Source of the DNA: an uncultured delta proteobacterium
GTDB lineage: Bacteria; Desulfobacterota; Binatia; Binatales; Binataceae
Assembly: GCA_963773975.1 (NCBI GenBank)
Contig: CAVZDJ010000036.1
Span: 3,263 to 67,262 of the forward strand
Direction of reading: 5' to 3'
DNA length: 64,000 nucleotides
Positions 18,201-26,456 of the stretch are shown here, piece after piece. The notes below the pieces were generated by a model that searched no databases, was not told the origin of the DNA, and saw nothing but the letters and a program-made list of their open reading frames with translations. Both the position numbers and the translations under genes were made by a program. Numbering within the stretch: position 1 is the stretch's first letter; each line of letters opens with the position of its first letter.

Positions 18201-19273
18201 TCGATCGCCTTCACAACTCCTGGTAACGTCTGACTCACATCTTGCGACAGGTACCGGCTGTCCGTGCGCGGGTAGCTGACGAGCTTGTGGCGTTCATACA
18301 GCGCCTGTGCGAGATCTAGTGTTTGTTGCGCACTGAATCCGAAAAGGCGGTTCGCATGCCGCTGTAACTCCGTGAGGTCGTACAACGGTAGCGGAGCCAT
18401 CCGCTGCGTTTCGGATTTGATCGATTCGACTGAGGCGCTACCGCTGTGCGCACGCTCGACGATGCGTTTTGCTTCTTCGCCATCGCTTGGCAGTCGCATA
18501 GCCTGTTGCAGCGACTCCTGTCCCGGTCCATCTTCCTGTCGCTTGCGAAACCAAGTGCCCGCATAGCTGTTATCTGTCCTGCTTTCGATCGGACAAAAGC
18601 TGGCCACAATTTCCAGATAATCCTCAGATACGAATTTCCGGATGGCGAGTTCCCGTTCGACTAGCATAGCTAGCGTCGGAGTCTGCACGCGCCCCACGGA
18701 GAGCTCCTCGCTATAGGCAAGGGAGTATGCACGCGACAGGTTCATCCCTACTAGCCAGTCGGCCCGGCTGCGTCCCCGTGCGGCAGCGGCCAGTGAATCG
18801 TAATCGCTACCGGGTCTCAGCCGCTCGAAACCCTTGCGGATAGCCTCGGGTGTAAGCGAGGAGATCCACAGCCGACTGACGGGTTTTTGGCATCGTGCGG
18901 CTTCATAGATGTAACGAAAGATCAACTCGCCCTCTCGGCCGGCGTCGGTGGCGCACACCAGGCGCGAAATTCGCGGCGAATCCAGGATCTTCTGTACGAC
19001 TTCGAACTGCTCTCTCGTCTTTTCGTACGAAACGAGTGGCCACTGCTTTGGCAGCATGGGCAGCATGTCACGCCGCCAAAAGCGCCATTCGGGGTTCATC
19101 TCGTGCGGCTGTGCGAGTGCAATCAGGTGGCCGAGGGCCCAGGTCACCACGTAGCCGTTGCCGTGCAGATATCCTTCACCTTTTTTTGCGGCGCCGACAA
19201 CACGCGCGATGTCGCGCGCGACTGAAGGCTTTTCGGCAAGTACCGCGATCGTGTCGGATTCTGGAAGCGCCAT
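15233..19273 (-). CDS. Fusion protein: type IA DNA topoisomerase (Topo III-like) N-terminal half plus a RecQ-family helicase with HRDC as the C-terminal half
   Basis: Topoisomerase part: TOPRIM [14 protein letters not shown] and [13 protein letters not shown], and the active-site region [12 protein letters not shown]. Helicase part: [55 protein letters not shown], the Zn cluster [12 protein letters not shown]…CGICDFC, and a C-terminal HRDC-like [17 protein letters not shown]…ISGIG. The start is taken at ATG 19273 (GGGAG 8 nt upstream), giving 1346 aa. The track start at 19669 adds 132 implausible residues. Confidence 0.9.
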   Translation of the reverse strand: [1346 protein letters not shown]

Positions 19274-19831
19274 CTTGAAACTCCCAGTTTTGCGATGCGG
19301 CAACTTCGGATGCAGCGCTGCAGGCTGGACGTTTGGCAAATACGTCAATGCCGAGCCGAACTTCGGAGTCGGGCGCCGGCTATAGTCGACCTCAAGTCCT
19401 GACAGACCATCACCTCCGACGACGTCGCGCCTCGGTTCCTTTGCGCTCTCGCCACTGCTATCGCGGTTAGGTGAAACCCGCAAGGTGGTGGGTTGCTCGA
19501 AACAAACCTGTACCCACAACCCACCGCCCCAGAGTGTTGACAACCGCAGACCAAGTCCGCCCGGTCCCACTTGAAGTGCACAGTTCCCAGCCGCTGGACC
19601 GAATGCGATGCACTGGTGGTGATTATGACGTCTCTCTGTCACTGCTGCGATTGCCAGTGGTTGCGCCACATCATAGCCGCGATCACGCCATGCCAGCGAA
19701 CTTGACGGCGAGCAACCCCATATGAGAATTCACTCGATCGAGCGTGGGCGAACGCGCCGCGGTGGAGTTCGAACGCCTCGACCTTCAGAGCTATGATGCG
19801 TCAGTCGACCCAGGCCAGAAATTCAGCGGCT

Positions 19832-20011
19832 TCACCGCGGCAGGACAGGCTCCAATCTTATCTTGCCTAAGGTCGAGCCAATACGGACGATTGCGGAGCA
19901 ATGTAGAGCGAACGACCCCTTGTAGGTCAATTTCGGCTCGGGCTCGCTGAGCCGAAGCTTCGGAAACCGGCGCAGCATCTCGCCGATCGCGATTGCTCCC
20001 TCGAGCCGCGC
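19832..20011 (-). pseudogene. Cytochrome P450 C-terminal remnant
   Basis: …ARLEGAIAIGEMLRRFPKLRLSEPEPKLTYKGSFAL matches the region just after the heme-ligand loop of P450s. No upstream P450 sequence or intact Cys-ligand motif is present. Confidence 0.45.
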
Positions 20012-20591
20012 GCCCTTTGGCGGCGATGGTGAACGAGGGGGGCGGTAGCCGTCAATCCATGAAATAACGAGCGATTGATCCATTTGATCGATCATCCTCA
20101 ACACCCGCCACAGCCGAGCAGTTTAGTCTCAAAATTCGTTCTTGGGGCCTGGACTTTTCAGCTCATCTGGACTTTTCGACTTTTGAGTACACTCCCAGTC
20201 CCGCTGTGGCGCGATGACGCTGCTGCTACATTGGCGTAGATTCGCGTCAGCTCCTTTCTTAGTCCCGGTGCCAACAGGTCCACGAAGATGCGGGAACGAG
20301 ATTGGGCTGGATACGGTTCTCGAAACCCTGAAACTCTATCGAAGCCGGAAACGACCCAATGTCGATGATCTGATGAAATTCGCTCGCGTCTGCGGCGTGG
20401 AAAGAGTGATGCGCCCCTATGTGGAAGCCGTGTTGTGACAAAGTCGGACAACAAAAACGTTGGCGCCTCAGTGCGGTAACGACCTCGTTCCGCTCGCCAT
20501 GGCGTTGTGACTCGATCCGGTGATGTGGGCTCGTGACGCTCCCGATTTTGGGGATGGCTCCTTGCGTCGAAAGTGGGTTTAATTAGCCGAA

Positions 20592-23500
20592 ATGGCAAAA
20601 ATGAATGCCGGGGGAGCAGCCGCAGCCGGGGGGTTCAGCGTTCAGGACCAAGTTGGCGCTGCGATTGCAGTGGAAATTTTGGCGGAGACTCAGAGTTCCG
20701 GGCGCTGGGACTTGCCGGCTAATACCGCCCTGCGCGAGCTTTGGTGTGAGACTCAGACTTCCGTTGATGACATCATCGTCCGGACTTCGGAAGACGGACA
20801 TTTATTCATTCAGGTAAAAAAGGGTCTCAAGCTGTCTAAGCAGAGCGGGTCACGCTTTGCGTCCGCATTGGACCAATGCGTTCGGCTCTTCATCGATAGT
20901 GAGTACGGGGGGGCCGATCTCAAACGCCGACTGAATCCTGATAAAGACAGGGTCGTCATCGTCACCGACGAAGACGCTTCCGCGTCCGTCAGAAAGCAGC
21001 TTCCTGATGCCCTGAAAAGATTGCGCGAGTCGCCGGCGGGAAATTTGGGGTTGGCTGCTAAAAGCAAAGCTGAGAAAGATGCGCTGGATACAGTAAGTCA
21101 GCTAGTTGACGGCGCGTGGAAGAAGCTCACCGGCAAAGTACCGTCGGACAAAGAACTCCGGAGTCTCCTCGGCCTGCTTCGCGTTGTGTGGCTCGACAGA
21201 GCCGGGTCCGAAACCGAGGCCAAGAGTTTGTTGGCCAGCACGGTTCTGACAGACCCAAGCCGCGCCGGCGACGCCTGGAATGCTCTGCTGAAAAGATGCC
21301 GGGAGTTGACCGAGACTCGCTCCGGTAGTGATGCATCCGGGCTGCAGAAAGTTCTTCTCGACACGGGACTGCCCCTGAAAGCGGTCCCGAGTTTCCGCGG
21401 AGACATCGGGCAGCTTCAAGATTTGACCGGTGAGAATCTGAGACTCCTGGAGCGTCATGCTTCGATCCGGATTGGCACAGATTTGCTGCCGGTTGCGCGG
21501 CGTGTGGTTGGAGAGCTTCGGCGCGTTGCGGAAGGGCAGTCGGTCCTTGTGGTGGGGGAGCCTGGCGGCGGCAAGTCTGGAGCAATTCATGACCTCGTCC
21601 ATCGGCTTCGCAAGGAGAATCGTGATGTGGTTCTCCTGGCAGCGGATCGCGTTGGCAGCCCCAGCCTACAGAGCCTTCGGACGGAACTGAGCCTCCAACA
21701 CGAGTTGGTTGATGTTCTGAAGAATTGGCCGGGGCCGCAACCGGGCTTTGTTGTCGTCGATGCGCTCGATGCCGCACGAAACGCGAGAGCATCTTGTGCA
21801 TTGCGCGAGCTGATCGAGCTTACGTTGCACGAGACGGGCCGCTGGCGAGTAGTGGCTTCGATCAGGAGCTTCGATTTGCAGTACGGGACGGAGTATCAGC
21901 GGCTCTTTCCGGCAACGGCGGTGGTGGAGGTCGAGGAGCAATTTCGTGCGGCGAAGTTCCATCGAACCAGCCACGTTAACGTACTGCCTTTCAGCGACAC
22001 AGAACTGCAGGAGATCGGAAAGCAATCGCCGGCGCTTGCTAATTTGATCGATTCAGCTCCGCCGGCCTTACGGAAGCTTCTGGCCGTTCCCTTCAATCTT
22101 GAACTTGCCGCCGAGCTGCTCACTGACGGACTGTCTGTCAAAGACCTGACCGGTATCTCCTCTCAGCTCGAGCTGCTCGACGGCTACTGGCATCAGCGGG
22201 TGATTTTGAACCGCGGTGTCAATGACGGCCAGGGCGACGGGCGTCAGGACGTGCTTCGACGTTCATGTCAGGAAATGGTAAGGACCCGCTCTCTTCGAGT
22301 GGGCCGAAGCACGATCGGGGACGCGACCAACAGTCAAGCGTTGAACGAAGTGTTGAGCGCTGGCGTGCTCAACGATGATCCAAGGCGCTTTACTTTGTCG
22401 TTCTCTCACCACACGCTTTTCGATTACGCGACCGCCCGGCTGGTTCTGACTTCTTCGGCTTCCGGCCTGGCCAGTCAGCTCGCTGGCGACGCCGAGCTTG
22501 CGTTGATTATCCGTCCCAGTCTCGGCTTCCACTTCCATCGCATCTGGGGTTTAGACTCCGCGCGAGAGGAGTTTTGGAAGACGGTCTTCGCCATCCTTCG
22601 GGAAGAGAAAGTTCCGGAGATTGGCAAGCTGATAGGGCCGTCTGTAGCCGCCGATCAGACGGATGCGATTGCGGAACTTGCGCTCCTCTGTAACGCGCTG
22701 GCCGAGTCCGACGAGAACGCCCGCCGGTCGGCTGAGGAGGCCCTTAATCATTTGGTCGGCGCGTTGGCGAACGCGCCATCCAGTCCGCAGGAGCTTGCGG
22801 GGCCCGAGGCTGGTCCTTGGTGCTACCTCGCAGAGCGAGTCAGCGAGAAGCTCACCGATCGCTCGGCGTACGCACTGGCTTCGCTGTTTTCCCTGCTGAA
22901 CGAACAAAGCGGTTCCTTTATGGCGGAGCAAAGAGTCGCAGCAGGCAAGGCAGCGCGCCGCCTTTTTGAGTTCGCCTGGAGCCTGTCACGTTACGACCGT
23001 TGGCTGATAATTCGGAGTATTCAGTCGGTCTGCCGAACTTTCGCGAGTGACGCGGATTCGTCGCGTGGACTTTTGCGGCGACTGATCGAGCCGGAACGGC
23101 TGAGCCAGCATGGTTTTGAGGAGCTACCTTGGCTAGCGCGAGAAGTCACCGGTCTTGTTCCGGCCGATCCGAATCTCGTTGAAGAAATTTATCAGTCCGC
23201 TTTCACCCATCCACTACCGGAGGAGGAAAAAACCGAATTCCTTCCAAGCCGCATACTGGGTCTAGTGTCTAATAAGCGGCAGGACTTCGAACACGGGTTG
23301 TGGCAATTGGCGGAATGCTTTCCGACTTTCCTCGACCCGGCCCCGCTTCAAGCAATTCGCGCGTTGATCTCGGCACTGGAGAAGTACGTCGAGCAGCACC
23401 ATCCAACGTTTTCTGGTGAGGTCGTTGAACGAACGTTCGCGTTCGATGGGGTCACGGCGCGAATTTGGCCCGACCTAAGCCATTCCTGGGACATCGGAAC

Positions 23501-25547
23501 CCTGTACGTTCAGGACAACCCAGTCCGAATGCTTGATGCCCTCACTAGCCACTTGAGCAAGCTGGCCGCAAACGAAGAAAAGATGTCAGAACTGGCGCAT
23601 ATAGTCGACATTATTGCTCGCGAAAACAGGATGGCCGTGGTTTGGCGTCGTCTTTTGGGTTCAGCCGTGCAGTTCACCGATACGTTGGGCGTGCTAGTCA
23701 AACCGCTCCTTTGGGCCACGCCGATCATAACAGAATCCGATACTACGAGGGCTGCGGGAGAACTTCTAAAGGTTATCTTTGCGAAGCTGTCGGCTGAGGA
23801 TCGAGAGCGAATTGAGCAAGTAATCCTGGCTATTCCGGCAGAGGCTCCGCCGAAGCAGAAGGAAGCCTCGGAATATTGGCGTAACAGGTTGTTGGGCTGC
23901 CTAGAAGCCGCGGCATTGGTTACAAGCGAGGCAAAGGAAACTCTCAAAGGCCTGGGGGTCGCTGGCACACTTCCGGCAAACGAGCCGCTTGTCCGGATTG
24001 GGCCGGGAGAAGTTGGGGCTTTTTCGGAATCGGATTTTCTACGGATGAAAGGAGTGTCAGTTGACGATGAGGCGAACCGGAAGATCCTGAGCTTAGAGGA
24101 ACCGGTTAAGGCATTTGCTCAACGCTACGCCAATAGTGTGCCCGAGCTTGCTGAAAGCGAGACCGTCCTTTCTGCTCTTAAGGCGTTGCGATCAGGGCTC
24201 GATGAGGCAGAGGGTGCTGATCCAAAACAGCGTGATTACGTATGGGGCGTCCTCGCTCGGGCCTGCGCCTGCATCGCGAGCCAAAAGGGGCTTTCATCTG
24301 CATTGGGTGCGTTTGTCCGTGAAACGCTTTTGAAAGCGGCCGAATGTGTTGAGCCCGAGTACGTGCCTGAACAGGAGGAGCAATTCCAGCGCGGCCCCGC
24401 GTGGGGGAGTGCAGCTCGCATCGAAGCCGCAGCTGGGTTGATGACGCTGGCGCGGGATACTGGTTTCGCGGACGCTGACGTTCTCGGCTGCATCGAGCGG
24501 CTCGAAGAAGAGCCTGTATCCTCTGTGCGTTACCAAATCGCATGCCGGCTGGCATTCCTCAATCAGACGACGCCCGAACTGATGTGGAAGCTTCTGGAGC
24601 GGGAGTGCAGCGAAGAGAAGAACTGGGGGGTACTTCAAGGCACGCTCAGTACACTGCGCAGCATTGCGGGGCCAAACGCCGACCGCGTTGCCAGCCTGAC
24701 AAAGGAGGTCCTTGCACGCATTCAAGAAGGTCCGCGTGGTGGGCGACCTGTTGAGGAACTTTGCCTCTCCATACTCACAGGGTTGTACATTTGGCAGGAG
24801 AACACCAGTTGTCGCGAGATAATCGAGGGAATTATTGCCCAGCCGACGAAGTTCCCCGACCAGATCTCCATTATTCTGCTGAACTTGCGGGAAGCACTGA
24901 GTTACGGACCATCGCAGCCCGAAGATCCAAAAGCTGAAGCTGTTCGACGACGAAGCATCGAGTTGGTAGTGCGTATTCTGGAAACGGCTCGCTCAGGGAT
25001 TCATCAATTCGAAAGTGACCACGTCGGAAGGCCTGAACAATCATGGTCGGAAGACGAAAAAAAGACCGCACAGGCCCTCGGCAAGGTCATGAACGTGGTC
25101 GCGGAACAGGTCTTCTTCGCATCGGGAGCCCTTGCGCTTCGGCTGCCATCCAATGCTCAACGACCGGGCCTTACACAAGAACAGAGAGCGCGGTTCTTCA
25201 AGGAAACAAGTCAGCTTATCGACCAGCTCACCCTGCTCGGCTTTTCGAGCACCGTGCACCACGTGCTGCAAACGCTTGAGTCGTTTGTGGAGTTCGACGC
25301 GGCGGGAGTTTTTCTTAACATCGGTCGAACTCTAAAAACTGCCGCGCCGTATGGTTATCAGTTCGAGCAACTTGCGGCCGATGTCTTCGTGCGGCTCGTC
25401 GAGCTTTATCTCGCCGACCATCGGGAAATATTCGAACAGCGAGCCGACTGTCGCAACGCGCTCATTGAAACGCTCGACATCTTCGTGAAAGTGGGTTGGC
25501 CCAACGCCCGTCGTCTGACCTACCGGCTCGAGGAACTTTTCCGTTGA
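20592..25547 (+). CDS. Large multidomain protein: Cap4/DUF4297-like PD-(D/E)xK nuclease N-terminus, P-loop NTPase, and about 1100 aa of helical (HEAT/ARM/TPR-like) repeats; NLR/Avs-like defence candidate
   Basis: The N-terminus reads GGFSVQDQVGAAIAVEIL … WCETQTSVDDIIVRTSEDGHLFIQVKKG, an E..DD..QxK pattern (nt about 20748-20819). Walker A is VLVVGEPGGGKSG (nt about 21555-21578). Walker B is GFVVVDALDAARN (nt about 21747-21770), followed by RWRVVASIRSFD. The remainder is leucine-rich and helical. Total length is 1651 aa. Confidence 0.85.
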   Translation: MAKMNAGGAAAAGGFSVQDQVGAAIAVEILAETQSSGRWDLPANTALRELWCETQTSVDDIIVRTSEDGHLFIQVKKGLKLSKQSGSRFASALDQCVRLFIDSEYGGADLKRRLNPDKDRVVIVTDEDASASVRKQLPDALKRLRESPAGNLGLAAKSKAEKDALDTVSQLVDGAWKKLTGKVPSDKELRSLLGLLRVVWLDRAGSETEAKSLLASTVLTDPSRAGDAWNALLKRCRELTETRSGSDASGLQKVLLDTGLPLKAVPSFRGDIGQLQDLTGENLRLLERHASIRIGTDLLPVARRVVGELRRVAEGQSVLVVGEPGGGKSGAIHDLVHRLRKENRDVVLLAADRVGSPSLQSLRTELSLQHELVDVLKNWPGPQPGFVVVDALDAARNARASCALRELIELTLHETGRWRVVASIRSFDLQYGTEYQRLFPATAVVEVEEQFRAAKFHRTSHVNVLPFSDTELQEIGKQSPALANLIDSAPPALRKLLAVPFNLELAAELLTDGLSVKDLTGISSQLELLDGYWHQRVILNRGVNDGQGDGRQDVLRRSCQEMVRTRSLRVGRSTIGDATNSQALNEVLSAGVLNDDPRRFTLSFSHHTLFDYATARLVLTSSASGLASQLAGDAELALIIRPSLGFHFHRIWGLDSAREEFWKTVFAILREEKVPEIGKLIGPSVAADQTDAIAELALLCNALAESDENARRSAEEALNHLVGALANAPSSPQELAGPEAGPWCYLAERVSEKLTDRSAYALASLFSLLNEQSGSFMAEQRVAAGKAARRLFEFAWSLSRYDRWLIIRSIQSVCRTFASDADSSRGLLRRLIEPERLSQHGFEELPWLAREVTGLVPADPNLVEEIYQSAFTHPLPEEEKTEFLPSRILGLVSNKRQDFEHGLWQLAECFPTFLDPAPLQAIRALISALEKYVEQHHPTFSGEVVERTFAFDGVTARIWPDLSHSWDIGTLYVQDNPVRMLDALTSHLSKLAANEEKMSELAHIVDIIARENRMAVVWRRLLGSAVQFTDTLGVLVKPLLWATPIITESDTTRAAGELLKVIFAKLSAEDRERIEQVILAIPAEAPPKQKEASEYWRNRLLGCLEAAALVTSEAKETLKGLGVAGTLPANEPLVRIGPGEVGAFSESDFLRMKGVSVDDEANRKILSLEEPVKAFAQRYANSVPELAESETVLSALKALRSGLDEAEGADPKQRDYVWGVLARACACIASQKGLSSALGAFVRETLLKAAECVEPEYVPEQEEQFQRGPAWGSAARIEAAAGLMTLARDTGFADADVLGCIERLEEEPVSSVRYQIACRLAFLNQTTPELMWKLLERECSEEKNWGVLQGTLSTLRSIAGPNADRVASLTKEVLARIQEGPRGGRPVEELCLSILTGLYIWQENTSCREIIEGIIAQPTKFPDQISIILLNLREALSYGPSQPEDPKAEAVRRRSIELVVRILETARSGIHQFESDHVGRPEQSWSEDEKKTAQALGKVMNVVAEQVFFASGALALRLPSNAQRPGLTQEQRARFFKETSQLIDQLTLLGFSSTVHHVLQTLESFVEFDAAGVFLNIGRTLKTAAPYGYQFEQLAADVFVRLVELYLADHREIFEQRADCRNALIETLDIFVKVGWPNARRLTYRLEELFR

Positions 25548-25783
25548 GTCGGGTCAACAATGCTACCGACTTTCTGACGAAGCTGAAGGAGCTACGGGAT
25601 CGATATGATACCGTGCACCGGCCTCAGGTCGAGCGTGTACGGAAGCGCTATGCAGACAATCCAGGTCTCACGGAACCTGCTTGGCCGCGGCGGGGTCAGC
25701 GCAGTCGCGGTCGAGTTCCATGGCCGCCGCTACGTGCTGGTGCCTCAGACCTGAGACTGAGTGGCGGAGAGAAGGGGATTTGA
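25544..25783 (+). CDS. Small ORF translationally coupled to the 1651-aa gene; the 3' end is ambiguous
   Basis: A TTG at 25544 overlaps the TGA stop of the upstream gene in a TTGA junction. The product begins SRVNNATDFLTKLKELRDRYDTVHRPQVERVRKRYADNPGLT. The track frame then becomes Arg/Pro-rich and runs into the repeat copy. An alternative frame gives a more natural end, …LLGRGGVSAVAVEFHGRRYVLVPQT, with a stop at about 25752. A frameshift is therefore possible. Confidence 0.3.
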   Translation: MSRVNNATDFLTKLKELRDRYDTVHRPQVERVRKRYADNPGLTEPAWPRRGQRSRGRVPWPPLRAGASDLRLSGGEKGI

Positions 25784-25796
25784 ACTCCCGAGACCC
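25755..25796 (-). repeat. tRNA-3'-end-like dispersed repeat, copy 4 (tRNA-Ser-like variant)
   Basis: The reverse complement reads GGGTCTCGGGAGTTCAAATCCCCTTCTCTCCGCCACTCAGTC. This gives a T-loop TTCAAAT, a 3' T-stem CCCCT, an acceptor strand TCTCTCC, discriminator G and CCA. No 5' tRNA half is present upstream. It aligns with copy 5 at about 30 of 42 positions. Confidence 0.75.
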
Positions 25797-26015
25797 TTCA
25801 GCATTCGATAGGCCCTGCTTGTCCCGATCGTTGGCGGAAAAATTCAGCCTGCTAGAGCTTTTGCATGTAACGAATAAGGTGTCATCACTCCATCAGCTTA
25901 GAATGGTTTCTTCTCCAATGTCCGGCCTTCTGGCGTTATATTAGTTCCAGAAAGTCTCGCGCAGGAAGTCGTCGTTAACGTCTATGTAAGTATGGTGACC
26001 GAGCTCGGCCTTATA

Positions 26016-26048
26016 CCCTAGCCGCTGCTACTACGGGTAGCGGCGGCT
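26016..26048. other. Strong isolated hairpin (14-bp stem, 5-nt loop) in a low-GC non-coding stretch
   Basis: CTAGCCGCTGCTAC-tacgg-GTAGCGGCGGCTAG forms the stem with one G-U pair. No U-tract lies on either side, so its function is unknown. Confidence 0.5.
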
Positions 26049-26456
26049 AGCGAACCGGCGACACGCCCCGTGTGGGGCTCGCCGGGAAGCAGCTTGCCGT
26101 CGCCAGAATTGCGGCGCCCGCCGCCGCCCCGCGAGCGAGCGTGCTGCACGATGCTGAACGAACCGGGTTGTGCGAACGTTCATTAGCAACCGTTTTATGC
26201 TGTTCATTTCTTTTCCCCTGAAGACCTTTGCACTCACGCTCGCGCCGCGTTCACTCTTTTCGAGTGTCTTCATCGCGCAAACGTGCTCGTCGCGCCGAGC
26301 AGTCGGTGCGACCGCTTCATCAAACTCCTCCGCTCGCGGCCTTGCTGCTATGCTTCCCCTATCCGATTCAAATCCAGGGCAAATAATTGAGCCCTGCCGT
26401 ATGCGATGGAAGGTATCGCCTATGGGTCCGTGAACAGGAGGAAGACTGCTATTAAG

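Noticed and set aside
20214-20438. 74-aa ORF upstream of the giant gene, considered as a possible partner or regulator.
   Set aside because: - Only the last ~45 residues (...IGLDTVLETLKLYRSRKRPNVDDLMKFARVCGVERVMRPYVEAVL) look protein-like.
- The N-terminal part is not protein-like, and I cannot assign a family.
- It is most likely the orphan C-terminus of a deleted gene.
25755-25850. tRNA-Ser-like 3' end, considered as an intact tRNA or a simple att scar.
   Set aside because: - Only the last ~35 nt are tRNA-like.
- No GGAGAGA 5' acceptor strand lies at the right distance.
- It aligns with the other repeat copies including the flanking GACTG, so I treat it as a member of the repeat family. 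The att-scar idea remains one hypothesis.
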